From assembly GCA_963794325.1 (NCBI GenBank), contig CAWCDG010000005.1, positions 96,001 to 160,000 on the forward strand: a stretch of 64,000 bases of DNA, read 5' to 3'. The DNA comes from an uncultured delta proteobacterium (GTDB taxonomy: Bacteria; Desulfobacterota; Binatia; Binatales; Binataceae). This document shows, one piece after another, positions 1-12,658 of this stretch. The translations under genes were made by a program, and so were the position numbers. Below the pieces are notes generated by a model. It was not told where the DNA came from. It saw nothing but the letters and a program-made list of their open reading frames with translations, and did no database searches. Position 1 is the stretch's first letter. Every line of letters begins with the position of its first letter.

Positions 1-28
1 GGGCGAGGGCAATCGCACAGCGCGCTAT

Positions 29-122
29 TCCAACAATCCGGTTCCCTTTCCCGCGCGTGAAGAGGTTACTCCAAACAATCCGGTTCCCCTTCCCGAGCGG
101 GAAGGGGTTAGGGGTTAGGTTC
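29..122. repeat. REP-like family 1, tandem doublet (CCCCTTCCC-loop-GGGAAGGGG hairpin + TTAGGGGTTAGG tail)
   Basis: aatccggttccccttcccgagcgggaaggggttaggggttaggtt preceded by a degenerate copy; same motif recurs at ~13972, 19545, 37976, 50529, 56522, 57707. Confidence 0.9.
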
Positions 123-213
123 TCCGGATCGTCCGCAACGCTCGCGCTTGCTTTTCCATATCGCGCATGAACTATAGGTGATGAATCTCTTACGCTTTGC
201 GGAGTCACTATCA

Positions 214-1386
214 ATGTCGAATCGTCTCGACCAAATTCAGAAACTGACGTTCACCGGCGCGGTCGATGCCGACGGGCATATCCTCGAGGACGCCGGTCTA
301 TGGGACCGCTATATCGAAGCGAAGTACAAAGATCGCGCGGTGAGAGTCCGCACCGACGCCAAGGGACTCGAATATCTCGAGGTCGCGGGCCGCCCGTCCA
401 AAGTTTTCAGCGGCGGCCGGCTCGGCGGGCTCTCCGCGATGGGTGCGACGCGTAACGACAAGTTTGACGCTCCTCCGACTTACGGCGGCTTCGCTCCGTT
501 CGGTGCGATGGACGCGAAGGAGCGGCTCAAGAGAATCGACGAGGAGGGGCTCGCCGCGGCGTTCCTCTATCCCACGATGAGCCTGCTGTGGGAGACCGAG
601 ACCGAAGATCCCGAACTCGCGCAGGCATGCACGCGCGCCTACAACCGGTACATCGTGGACTTCTGCTCCGGGAGCGGAGGCAAGCTGATTCCGATCGCAC
701 ATCTGTCGCTCGGCGATCCAGCGGCGGCGGCGGCCGAGCTCGAACGCGCGGTCAAACAGGGATGCAAAGGCGGATGGGTCGCGCAATTCGTCATGACGCG
801 GAAGCCGCATGCGCATCCGGATCACGATGTGCTGTTCGCCAAGGCGCAGGAACTCGATGTGCCGATTGGGATACATCCGTCGCTCGAGCCGGTGTGGGCC
901 GCGCCGGGACGCTACGATCGCAAGTTCATGCGCGGGAATTACTATTTTCTGAATATCGTCGCGGCCGACGCGATACGTCATGCGTTCACCAGCTTCTTCC
1001 AGTACGGAACCTTCGACAAATTCCCGAAGATGCGGCTGGTGCTGCTCGAGGCGGGCGCGGGATGGATCGATTACTGGCTCGGCAGGCTCGACGCGGTTTA
1101 TGCGAGCGCGATGGGCCGCACGGTGTCGCTGAAGGAGAAACCGAGCTTCTACTTCAATCGCAACTGCTGGATTTCAGCGGACCCCGATGAGCGCTCACTG
1201 CCCGCGATGGTCGAGCTGTGCGGCGCCGACAAATTTTTCTGGGCGTCGGACTTCCCGCATCCCGATCACGTCGGCAACTATATCGAGGAAGTCGAGGAGC
1301 TGGCGCACAAGCTGCCGCCCGCTGCACGCGCGAAAGTGATGGGCGAGAATGTGATGAAGGTGTATAAGTGCGAGCTGCCGCGGTAA
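214..1386 (+). CDS. Amidohydrolase family protein (amidohydro_2, decarboxylase/hydratase-like)
   Basis: DADGH metal motif, IHP, LEAGAGW, WASDFPHPD; GGAG at 201-204 before ATG 214. Confidence 0.85.
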   Translation: MSNRLDQIQKLTFTGAVDADGHILEDAGLWDRYIEAKYKDRAVRVRTDAKGLEYLEVAGRPSKVFSGGRLGGLSAMGATRNDKFDAPPTYGGFAPFGAMDAKERLKRIDEEGLAAAFLYPTMSLLWETETEDPELAQACTRAYNRYIVDFCSGSGGKLIPIAHLSLGDPAAAAAELERAVKQGCKGGWVAQFVMTRKPHAHPDHDVLFAKAQELDVPIGIHPSLEPVWAAPGRYDRKFMRGNYYFLNIVAADAIRHAFTSFFQYGTFDKFPKMRLVLLEAGAGWIDYWLGRLDAVYASAMGRTVSLKEKPSFYFNRNCWISADPDERSLPAMVELCGADKFFWASDFPHPDHVGNYIEEVEELAHKLPPAARAKVMGENVMKVYKCELPR

Positions 1387-1416
1387 TGAAAAATTGAATC
1401 GAAGGTTTGGGAACAG

Positions 1417-1450
1417 AAAAGGCCCGCGAGATTTTCTCGCGGGCCTTTTT
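1417..1450. terminator. Bidirectional intrinsic terminator
   Basis: aaaaggcccgcgaga-ttt-tctcgcgggccttttt between convergent genes. Confidence 0.9.
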
Positions 1451-1474
1451 GCGTTCGCTGGAAATATTTGCGGG

Positions 1475-2476
1475 TCAGCTGGTCACAGTCCAGGTATCGC
1501 CCTTGCCCAGCAGCGTCTTCAGGTCGCCGGCGCCCTGCTTTGCTTTGGCGTCTTCGAGCTGCTTGTTGACGGCGCCGTCGTAGGTAGGTCGCGACACCGC
1601 ATAGAAGACGCCCACCGGAGTCGGCAGCGGCGGCTCGAAGTTGCCGAGCATGAACGCGAGCGAGAGATTGGTCTCGTCATGCACGACGAGGTCCGCCTCC
1701 GTGACGCCCGCGCCGAGCTGCACTGCTTCCGGACGCATCCCGTTCATCTTGATTCCCATGTCGCGATTCTTGCCGAAGAGGAGCGGCTTGCCGTGCTCGA
1801 GCACGAGCTGATGGTCGGCCTTGAGCGCCTTGTCGCTGACGTCGTTGAATGCGCCGTCGTTGAAGATGTTGCAATTTTGCAGAATCTCGACGAATGACGC
1901 GCCGCGATGCGCATGCGCCCGCTTGAGCATCTCACCGAGATGCTTCTGCTCGACGTCGACGGTGCGCGCGACGAAGGTCGCGTGCGTGCCGAGCGCCACC
2001 GTGATCGGATTGAAGGGAAAATCGACGGAGCCGGCCGGCGTGGACTTGGTGACCTTGCCCACTTCTGAAGTCGGTGAGTACTGGCCCTTGGTGAGCCCGT
2101 AAATTTTATTGTTGAAGAGCAGAATTTTCAGATCGACGTTGCGCCGCAGCACGTGGATCAGATGATTGCCGCCGATCGACAGGCCGTCGCCGTCACCGGT
2201 GACCACCCACACGTCGAGATCGGGCCGCGAAACCTTGAGCCCCGTCGCGAACGCCGGCGCGCGGCCGTGAATCGTGTGGAAGCCGTAGGTGTTCATGTAG
2301 TACGGGAACCGGCTCGAGCATCCGATGCCCGAGATGAAGACCGTGTTCTCCGGCGCGATGCCGAATTCGGGCATCGTCTTTTGCACCGCGGCCAGAATTG
2401 CGTAATCGCCGCATCCGGGACACCAGCGCACTTCCTGGTCGGAGACGAAATCCTTGCGATTAAGAGCGGTAGCCAT
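1475..2476 (-). CDS. korB: 2-oxoacid:ferredoxin oxidoreductase beta subunit, copy 1
   Basis: WCPGCG, SGIGCS, GDGD TPP-binding motif, YGLTKGQ. Confidence 0.93.
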   Translation of the reverse strand: MATALNRKDFVSDQEVRWCPGCGDYAILAAVQKTMPEFGIAPENTVFISGIGCSSRFPYYMNTYGFHTIHGRAPAFATGLKVSRPDLDVWVVTGDGDGLSIGGNHLIHVLRRNVDLKILLFNNKIYGLTKGQYSPTSEVGKVTKSTPAGSVDFPFNPITVALGTHATFVARTVDVEQKHLGEMLKRAHAHRGASFVEILQNCNIFNDGAFNDVSDKALKADHQLVLEHGKPLLFGKNRDMGIKMNGMRPEAVQLGAGVTEADLVVHDETNLSLAFMLGNFEPPLPTPVGVFYAVSRPTYDGAVNKQLEDAKAKQGAGDLKTLLGKGDTWTVTS

Positions 2477-2482
2477 TTTCGA

Positions 2483-4178
2483 TCAGCCCTCCAGGGCCCG
2501 GTTGATGCGGTTTTCGATCTCGCTGACTTTGAACGGACGGCCCTGGATTTTGTTGAAGCCGAAGGCGTCGATCAGGTAGTCGGCGCGAATCATCTTGAGT
2601 AGTTGTCCCATGTTCATTTCGGGAATCATGACCTGCTTGAAACGCTTGAGCGTCTCTTCGAGGTCGTGCGGCAGCGGATTCAGATAGCGCAGATGCACGT
2701 GCGAAACTTTCTTGCCCTTCGCGCGCAAATGTTTGACGGCCTCGCGAATTGGCCCGTAGGTCGAGCCCCATCCGAGCACGACCAGGTCGCCTTCGGCGTC
2801 ACCGAAGACTTGCGTCGGCGGAATCTCGCGCGCGATGCCGGCAATCTTGCGCGCCCGCGTCCGCACCATCAGCTCGTTGTTGGCCGGCGAGTAGCTGACG
2901 TTGCCGGTCAGGTTCTCGCTCGACAGTCCGCCGACGCGATGCTCGAGGCCCTTGGTTCCCGGCACCGCCCATGGACGGGAAAGCGTCTCCGGCTCGCGAT
3001 TGTACGGCAGGAAACCTTCGGGATTGGTCGCGAACTCGACTTTGATTTCGGGCAGCTTGTCGGCGTCGGGCAGCAGCCACGGCTCGGAGCCATTGGCGAG
3101 CTGGCCGTCGGTGAGCAGAATCACCGGCGTCATGTATTTCACCGCGATGCGCACCGCCTCGTAGGCGCAGTCGAAGCAGTCGGCCGGCGTCGACGCCGCG
3201 ATAATCGGAATCGGCGACTCGCCATGCCGTCCGTACATCGATTGGAGCAAGTCGGCCTGCTCCGGCTTGGTCGGCATGCCAGTGGACGGGCCCGCGCGCT
3301 GGATGTCGGTGATCACCAGCGGCAGCTCGACTTTCACCGCGAGCCCGACCGCTTCGGCCTTCAAGTTCATGCCGGGGCCTGAAGTTGTGGTGATCGCAAT
3401 CGATCCACCGAATGCCGCGCCAATCGCGGCGCAGACGCCGGCGATTTCGTCCTCGGCCTGGAAAGTATAGACCGGAAAATTCTTGAAGCCTGAAAGTTCG
3501 TGCAGGATGTCGCTGGCGGGCGTGATCGGATACGAGCCCAGGAACAGCGGACGTCCCGACTTGACCGCCGCCGCGACGAATCCGAGCGCGGTCGCGCTGT
3601 TGCCCGTGATATTGCGATACAGTCCCGGCGCGATTCGCGCGGCCGGGACTTCGTACGAGCTCGCGAACATCTCGGTCGTCTCGCCGTAGTTGAACCCGGC
3701 CTTCAGCACCTTGATGTTGGCCTCGAGAACTTCGGGCGTCTTCTTGAAGCGGCTCTCGAGATAGGTGAGCGTGCTCTCGATCGGCCGCTGATACAGCCAC
3801 GACAGCATCCCGAGCACGAACATGTTGCGGCATCGGAAGACCGCGCGATTGTTCAGACCCATCCCGTGCACGGCGAGCGAGGTGAGCTTGGTCACATCGA
3901 CTTCGATCACCTGGAATTTGTCGAGCGAATGGTCGGTGAGCGGATTGGTCTTGTAGCCGGCGCGCTTGACATTGGAATCGGTGAACGCCTCGCGGTCAAC
4001 GATAATGACGGCGTTTTGCGGGACGTCCTCGATATTGGCCTGCAGCGCCGCGGGATTCATCGCGACCAGCACGTTGGGCTCGTCGCCGGCGGTGAAAATC
4101 TCGCTGCTCGAAAAATTCAGCTGAAAGCCGCTGACTCCGGCCAGGGTGCCTTGCGGGCGCTCGGATTTCAGCGGGAAA
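2483..4178 (-). pseudogene. korA: 5'-truncated 2-oxoacid:ferredoxin oxidoreductase alpha subunit (duplicate)
   Basis: Nearly identical to 5211-7103 but homology stops at FPAEIRAP (4178); lacks first ~65 codons; one extra base near 4155. Confidence 0.85.
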
Positions 4179-4202
4179 GCGTTCGCTGGAAATATTTGCG
4201 GG

Positions 4203-5204
4203 TCAGTTGGTCACAGTCCAGGTATCGCCCTTGCCTAGCAGCGTCTTCAGGTCGCCGGCGCCCTGCTTTGCTTTGGCGTCTGCGAGCTGCTTGTTCACGG
4301 CGCCGTCGTAGGTCGGTCGCGACACCGCGTAGAAGACGCCCACCGGAGTCGGCAGCGGAGGCTCGAAGTTGCCGAGCATGAATGCGAGCGACAGATTGGT
4401 CTCGTCGTGCACGACGAGATCCGTTTCCGTGACGCCTGCGCCGAGCTGTACTGCTTCGGGACGCATGCCGTTCATCCGGATTCCCATGTCCCGATTCTTG
4501 CCGAAGATGAGCGGCTTGCCGTGCTCGAGAACCAGCTGATGGTCCGCCTTGAGGGCCTTGTCGCTGACGTCGTTGAATGCGCCGTCGTTGAAGATGTTGC
4601 AATTTTGCAGAATCTCGACGAATGACGCGCCGCGATGCGCATGCGCCCGCTTGAGCATCTCACCGAGATGCTTCTGCTCGACGTCGACGGTGCGCGCGAC
4701 GAAGGTCGCGTGCGTGCCGAGCGCCACCGTGATCGGATTGAAGGGAAAATCGACGGAGCCGGCCGGCGTGGACTTGGTGACCTTGCCCACTTCTGAAGTC
4801 GGTGAGTACTGGCCCTTGGTGAGCCCGTAAATTTTATTGTTGAAGAGCAGAATTTTCAGATCGACGTTGCGCCGCAGCACGTGGATCAGATGATTGCCGC
4901 CGATGGACAGGCCGTCGCCATCACCGGTGACCACCCATACGTCGAGATCGGGCCGCGAAACCTTGAGTCCCGTCGCGAACGCCGGCGCGCGGCCGTGAAT
5001 CGTGTGGAAGCCGTAGGTGTTCATGTAGTACGGGAACCGGCTCGAGCATCCGATGCCCGAGATGAAGACCGTGTTCTCCGGCGCGATGCCGAATTCGGGC
5101 ATCGTCTTTTGCACCGCGGCCAGAATTGCGTAATCGCCGCATCCGGGACACCAGCGCACTTCCTGGTCGGAGACGAAATCCTTGCGATTAAGAGCGGTAG
5201 CCAT
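4203..5204 (-). CDS. korB: 2-oxoacid:ferredoxin oxidoreductase beta subunit, copy 2
   Basis: Same motifs as copy 1; differs by 5 residues, all C-terminal. Confidence 0.93.
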   Translation of the reverse strand: MATALNRKDFVSDQEVRWCPGCGDYAILAAVQKTMPEFGIAPENTVFISGIGCSSRFPYYMNTYGFHTIHGRAPAFATGLKVSRPDLDVWVVTGDGDGLSIGGNHLIHVLRRNVDLKILLFNNKIYGLTKGQYSPTSEVGKVTKSTPAGSVDFPFNPITVALGTHATFVARTVDVEQKHLGEMLKRAHAHRGASFVEILQNCNIFNDGAFNDVSDKALKADHQLVLEHGKPLIFGKNRDMGIRMNGMRPEAVQLGAGVTETDLVVHDETNLSLAFMLGNFEPPLPTPVGVFYAVSRPTYDGAVNKQLADAKAKQGAGDLKTLLGKGDTWTVTN

Positions 5205-5210
5205 TTTCGA

Positions 5211-7103
5211 TCAGCCCTCCAGGGCCCGGTTGATGCGGTTTTCGATCTCGCTGACTTTGAACGGACGGCCCTGGATTTTGTTGAAGCCGAAGGCGTCGAT
5301 CAGGTAGTCGGCGCGAATCATCTTGAGTAGTTGTCCCATGTTCATTTCGGGAATCATGACCTGCTTGAAACGCTTGAGCGTCTCCTCGAGGTCGTGCGGC
5401 AGCGGATTCAGATAACGCAGATGCACCTGCGAAACTTTCTTGCCCTTCGCGCGCAAATGTTTGACCGCCTCGCGAATTGGCCCGTAGGTCGAGCCCCATC
5501 CGAGCACGACCAGGTCGCCTTCGGCGTCACCGAAGACTTGCGTCGGCGGAATCTCGCGCGCGATGCCGGCAATCTTGCGGGCCCGCGTCCGCACCATCAG
5601 CTCGTTGTTGGCCGGCGAATAACTGACATTGCCGGTCAGGTTCTCGCTCGACAATCCGCCGACGCGATGCTCGAGGCCCTTGGTTCCCGGCACCGCCCAT
5701 GGACGGGAAAGCGTCTCCGGCTCGCGATTGTACGGCAGGAAACCTTCGGGATTGGTCGCGAACTCGACTTTGATTTCGGGCAGCTTGTCGGCGTCGGGCA
5801 GCAGCCACGGCTCGGAGCCGTTGGCGAGCTGGCCGTCGGTCAGCAGAATCACCGGCGTCATGTATTTCACCGCGATGCGCACCGCCTCGTAGGCGCAGTC
5901 GAAGCAGTCGGCCGGCGTCGACGCCGCGATAATCGGAATCGGCGACTCGCCATGCCGTCCGTACATCGATTGGAGCAAGTCGGCCTGCTCCGGCTTGGTC
6001 GGCATGCCAGTGGACGGGCCCGCGCGCTGGATGTCGGTGATCACCAGCGGCAGCTCGACTTTCACCGCGAGCCCGACCGCTTCGGCCTTCAAGTTCATGC
6101 CGGGGCCTGAAGTTGTGGTGATCGCAATCGATCCACCGAATGCCGCGCCAATCGCGGCGCAGACGCCGGCGATTTCGTCCTCGGCCTGGAAAGTATAGAC
6201 CGGAAAATTCTTGAAGCCTGAAAGTTCGTGCAGGATGTCGCTGGCGGGCGTGATCGGATACGAGCCCAGGAACAGCGGACGTCCCGACTTGACCGCCGCC
6301 GCGACGAATCCGAGCGCGGTCGCGCTGTTGCCCGTGATATTGCGATACAGTCCCGGCGCGATTCGCGCGGCCGGGACTTCGTACGAGCTCGCGAACATCT
6401 CGGTCGTCTCGCCGTAGTTGAACCCGGCCTTCAGCACCTTGATGTTGGCCTCGAGAACTTCGGGCGTCTTCTTGAAGCGGCTCTCGAGATAGGTGAGCGT
6501 GCTCTCGATCGGCCGCTGATACAGCCACGACAGCATCCCGAGCACGAACATGTTGCGGCATCGGAAGACCGCGCGATTGTTCAGACCCATCCCGTGCACG
6601 GCGAGCGAGGTGAGCTTGGTCACATCGACTTCGATCACCTGGAATTTGTCGAGCGAATGGTCGGTGAGCGGATTGGTCTTGTAGCCGGCGCGCTTGACAT
6701 TGGAATCGGTGAACGCCTCGCGGTCAACGATAATGACGGCGTTTTGCGGGACGTCCTCGATATTGGCCTGCAGCGCCGCGGGATTCATCGCGACCAGCAC
6801 GTTGGGCTCGTCGCCGGCGGTGAAAATCTCGCTGCTTGAAAAATTAAGTTGAAAGCCGCTGACTCCGGCGAGCGTTCCCTGGGGCGCGCGGATTTCAGCG
6901 GGAAAGTCGGGCAGTGTTGCTATATCGTTGCCGGCCAGCGCCGATTCGGCCGTGAACTGCATCCCCGTCAACTGCATCCCATCGCCAGAGTCGCCCGCAA
7001 ACCGGATAACAACGTGGTCGCGCTTCAGATGCGGCTTGAGCGCAGACGCTGCGGAACCGTGCGACTCGGCAGCTTGCCCAGCCGCCTCAGGTGGTACAGC
7101 CAT
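5211..7103 (-). CDS. korA: 2-oxoacid:ferredoxin oxidoreductase alpha subunit (fused gamma-alpha)
   Basis: AGDSGDGMQ, YPITPAS, QAEDEIA, TSGPG, QRAGPSTG. Confidence 0.94.
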   Translation of the reverse strand: MAVPPEAAGQAAESHGSAASALKPHLKRDHVVIRFAGDSGDGMQLTGMQFTAESALAGNDIATLPDFPAEIRAPQGTLAGVSGFQLNFSSSEIFTAGDEPNVLVAMNPAALQANIEDVPQNAVIIVDREAFTDSNVKRAGYKTNPLTDHSLDKFQVIEVDVTKLTSLAVHGMGLNNRAVFRCRNMFVLGMLSWLYQRPIESTLTYLESRFKKTPEVLEANIKVLKAGFNYGETTEMFASSYEVPAARIAPGLYRNITGNSATALGFVAAAVKSGRPLFLGSYPITPASDILHELSGFKNFPVYTFQAEDEIAGVCAAIGAAFGGSIAITTTSGPGMNLKAEAVGLAVKVELPLVITDIQRAGPSTGMPTKPEQADLLQSMYGRHGESPIPIIAASTPADCFDCAYEAVRIAVKYMTPVILLTDGQLANGSEPWLLPDADKLPEIKVEFATNPEGFLPYNREPETLSRPWAVPGTKGLEHRVGGLSSENLTGNVSYSPANNELMVRTRARKIAGIAREIPPTQVFGDAEGDLVVLGWGSTYGPIREAVKHLRAKGKKVSQVHLRYLNPLPHDLEETLKRFKQVMIPEMNMGQLLKMIRADYLIDAFGFNKIQGRPFKVSEIENRINRALEG

Positions 7104-7235
7104 CTCAGTCCAATCTCCTTATGGTTAAGACCCGATCGAAAGTTAAATCGAAGCCATGCAAATACTCGGACACGCGGATTTAAAGCATAGCTAATCGAGG
7201 GGAACCATTAAAGGGCCGCCTATCGGCAGGTCAAA

Positions 7236-7529
7236 TCATCGAATCTGGAAGTCCTTGAATTCCCCTGTGAAATCGGACCACTCTTCGCGTACGGCGGTTA
7301 CGTGCGCTGACGGCGGGCCCAAATGTGCCCATGCTGCAAGCATCTGCAAGTTCTCACGGCTCCCTTCCGCGACAATTTCGACGTTCCCATCGGGTATATT
7401 GCGCACCCATCCGGCAAGTGCGAGATCTTTGGCCTCGTCGTAAGCAGAGAATCGAAAGCCGACGCCCTGCACCCGTCCGCTGATGATTAGATGCAACCTC
7501 GCGCGCTGTTGTTTGTTTTGAGTGGTCAC
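7236..7529 (-). CDS. acyP: Acylphosphatase
   Basis: ISGRVQGVGFR and GWVRN motifs; GTG start at 7529 inferred from family length. Confidence 0.9.
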   Translation of the reverse strand: MTTQNKQQRARLHLIISGRVQGVGFRFSAYDEAKDLALAGWVRNIPDGNVEIVAEGSRENLQMLAAWAHLGPPSAHVTAVREEWSDFTGEFKDFQIR

Positions 7530-7560
7530 ACCGGTTCGAAAGCGCTTCGGGTGGTGCCTA

Positions 7561-7595
7561 AAGATAAAGGCCGGACTATTTGCGAATCCGGCCTT
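7561..7595 (-). terminator. Intrinsic terminator-like hairpin
   Basis: aaggccgga...tccggcctt stem, followed on the minus strand by a T-rich stretch. Confidence 0.6.
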
Positions 7596-7620
7596 CTCCG
7601 AAGCGTCGGGGCTTGAGAAA

Positions 7621-7914
7621 CTAAGCTTTAGCTTTGGCGAGCAATTGGTCCAGCTTTTTGTTCGTGTCCTCGAACGTTTTAATGAGATCGTCGAGGACAC
7701 TATCGAGTTCCGCCTTGTCCAACCCCTTTCCGTTTCCTTCCGAAGTCCGGATCAAAGCCTGAACGGTCTTTTGGTTTTCTGTCACGCGTTTCATAAGGTC
7801 TGAAGCTCTCTTCCTCGACTCCGAATCAAGCTTGAGGGTTGCCAGCTCTCGCGCTTTTGACAGCGCCTCAACAAGAAGATGGACGATTCTCTCAAGCTTG
7901 TCCATAAGCACCAA
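7621..7914 (-). CDS. Hypothetical helical/coiled-coil protein
   Basis: 97-aa ORF directly after ligA; K/E/L-rich; start may be ATG 7905. Confidence 0.65.
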   Translation of the reverse strand: MVLMDKLERIVHLLVEALSKARELATLKLDSESRKRASDLMKRVTENQKTVQALIRTSEGNGKGLDKAELDSVLDDLIKTFEDTNKKLDQLLAKAKA

Positions 7915-7923
7915 ACTTACAGT

Positions 7924-10661
<2,738 letters not shown>

Positions 10662-10676
10662 CGCAAGTTCTCCAGA

Positions 10677-11333
10677 TCAGGATTTGCCGCCGCGCTCCGC
10701 TTTTCTCTTCTCTGCGCGCGCCGTCTTCTCGTCCTCTTCGATTCGCAGTGCGCGATCCCATAGAAATTCGGGCTCGCCGAGCCGCTTCGCGACCCATCGC
10801 GATTGCACGAACAGATGGTCGCTCAGGCGATTCACATAGATGATGAGATTGTCGTTAATGTCTTCCTCGCGCTTGAGCCGCCAGCACACGCGCTCGGCGC
10901 GCCGACAGACCGTACGCGCCTGATGGAGGAACGCGTTGAGCACGCCGCCGCCCGGCAGCGTGAAGGATTTCAGCGGCTCGAGCTCCTTCTCCATCGCGTC
11001 CATTTCTTCTTCGAGCTTCTTGATCTCGCCGGCGCCCATCTTATGCATCTGCGGATATTCGCCGTCGGGCGGCGTTGCAAGTTCGCTGCCCACGTCGAAC
11101 AGTTCGTTCTGAATACGGCGCAGCGATTCAGAATACGGATCGAAGTCAGCGCCGAAGCCGTCGCGATATTGCGGCAAGTAGGTACGCACGATTCCGATGA
11201 TCGAGTTCAGCTCGTCGATCGTGCCATAGGCCTCGAGCCGCGCGCTCTCCTTGGGCACGCGCTTGCCGCCGACTAGAGCGGTCTGACCCTTGTCGCCAGT
11301 GCGCGTGTAAATCCGGCTGAGACGTATCGCCAT
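10677..11333 (-). CDS. pduO: ATP:cob(I)alamin adenosyltransferase, PduO type
   Basis: IYTRTGDKG, AYGTIDELNS, ARTVCRRAER, NRLSD; ATG at 11333 overlaps upstream stop. Confidence 0.92.
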   Translation of the reverse strand: MAIRLSRIYTRTGDKGQTALVGGKRVPKESARLEAYGTIDELNSIIGIVRTYLPQYRDGFGADFDPYSESLRRIQNELFDVGSELATPPDGEYPQMHKMGAGEIKKLEEEMDAMEKELEPLKSFTLPGGGVLNAFLHQARTVCRRAERVCWRLKREEDINDNLIIYVNRLSDHLFVQSRWVAKRLGEPEFLWDRALRIEEDEKTARAEKRKAERGGKS

Positions 11334-11773
11334 CAGACGCCCGCCTTGGCTTTCTGCGCGGCGTATGCGGCGTCGCCGAGGTCGGTCGTCACCGGCAGTC
11401 CCGCTTCCTTCCAGCCTGCGACGACGACCTTGCCCGACGCGTCGCGCTGGCCACCAAAGCCGCCGACCACGTTGGTCAGGTCGGTGAAGCCGGCTTCTTC
11501 GAGCATCTCGCATGCGCGCTGCGAGCGTCCGCCCGCCATGCATCCGACGACGAGCTTTTTGTTTTTTGGGAGTACCTTCTCAGCGACTTCGTCAAATTCG
11601 AGATTCAACTGCATCTGCCCCGGACCCTTCGCCACCATCACCGGGATATTGATCGCACCGGCGGGATGTCCCGCTGCAAACTCTCCTTCGGTGCGAACGT
11701 CGAGATAGAGCGCGTCGGGATTCTGCTTGAGCGTTTCGTACGCTTCGGGAGGGACCTGCTGCTTTATCGCCAT
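11333..11773 (-). CDS. Rhodanese-like domain protein
   Basis: LDVRT..EF..GH..GA.NIP, active-site CMAGGRS. Confidence 0.9.
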   Translation of the reverse strand: MAIKQQVPPEAYETLKQNPDALYLDVRTEGEFAAGHPAGAINIPVMVAKGPGQMQLNLEFDEVAEKVLPKNKKLVVGCMAGGRSQRACEMLEEAGFTDLTNVVGGFGGQRDASGKVVVAGWKEAGLPVTTDLGDAAYAAQKAKAGV

Positions 11774-11813
11774 CGAAAGACCTCTGTTTCAGTATCCAAA
11801 CTCTATCAGATTC

Positions 11814-12326
11814 TTACGGCTTCGGATTTCCTACGCGCTCATAGTGCACCATCTCGGCGCGCGGTTTCAGCGGCTTCGCCTGCGGCGGACTTTTCGGATC
11901 GGCATAACCGAACGGCAGGATTGTGAAGATTGCCCATCCGTCTTTGACTCCGAGCATCGCGCCGATCTTTGCACCGTCGAAATTGCCGACCCAGCAGGTG
12001 CCGAGTCCCAGCGCCCATCCCGCGTCAGCCATGTTCTGGACGGCTTGCCCGCAATCGACGTCGGCCCACCGCGCATTCGCGACATCCTTGAGCACGACGA
12101 TCGCCGACGGTGCGTCAGTGACGAAGCGACCGGTCGCGCACAGCGCGCCAATTTCTTTGAGCCTATCGCGATTCTGAATCACGACAAACTGCCACGGCTG
12201 CAGGTTGCGAGCGCTCATCGCATGGCGCCCGGCATCGACGATTTTCGAGAGTTTTTCGCGCTCGACTGGTTTGTCCGCGAACGTGCGCTGCACCTTGCGT
12301 GAGAGAATGACTTCGAGAGCGTCCAT
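11814..12326 (-). CDS. Nitroreductase family protein
   Basis: SRK.QR.F, S..NLQPWQF, LGLGTCWVG. Confidence 0.88.
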   Translation of the reverse strand: MDALEVILSRKVQRTFADKPVEREKLSKIVDAGRHAMSARNLQPWQFVVIQNRDRLKEIGALCATGRFVTDAPSAIVVLKDVANARWADVDCGQAVQNMADAGWALGLGTCWVGNFDGAKIGAMLGVKDGWAIFTILPFGYADPKSPPQAKPLKPRAEMVHYERVGNPKP

Positions 12327-12470
12327 GGATAAGGCCTCCGGCTGGAATTGCGTTCATCAAGCAGCCACAAAAACTTGTAGTATCAACCGGCAGCTGAATC
12401 CAGTTGGATTCGGGGAGGAACGGCGCGCGATAGGGCCAGTGATGCTGGTGAACTGAAGGCGCTGCTGAGC

Positions 12471-12598
12471 GACGCGCTGCGCGCGAGATCCTTCGCTGCG
12501 CTCAGGATGACACAAAAAAAGGAAACGGCCCCACGCGTCATTCTGAGCGAAAGCTGCTGTAGCGAAGAATCTCGACGGACGCTCTAGCGGCCGGCGTT
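12471..12598. repeat. REP-like family 2 palindromic doublet
   Basis: gagatccttcgctgcgctcaggatgac ... gtcattctgagcgaaagctgctgtagcgaagaatctc; near-identical copy at 45279-45403. Confidence 0.9.
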
Positions 12599-12658
12599 GC
12601 GTCGCGTGCATGGAAGGAATCGGACCGATTTATCGATAGATATTAGATACAGACGCCT

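Larger units (their letters stand above)
1451..6906. repeat. Tandem direct duplication, unit ~2728 bp (1451-4178 / 4179-6906)
   Basis: gcgttcgctggaaatatttgcgggtcag begins at both 1451 and 4179; ORFs repeat at offset 2728. Confidence 0.97.

Noticed and set aside
29-122. Tandem repeats as a CRISPR array
   Set aside because: Only two degenerate units, no unique spacers of regular length, no cas genes; copies are dispersed like REPs.
12357-12611. 84-aa ORF (CHPERSEGS), also 45255-45578
   Set aside because: Translation of the family-2 palindromic repeat, a common spurious ORF.
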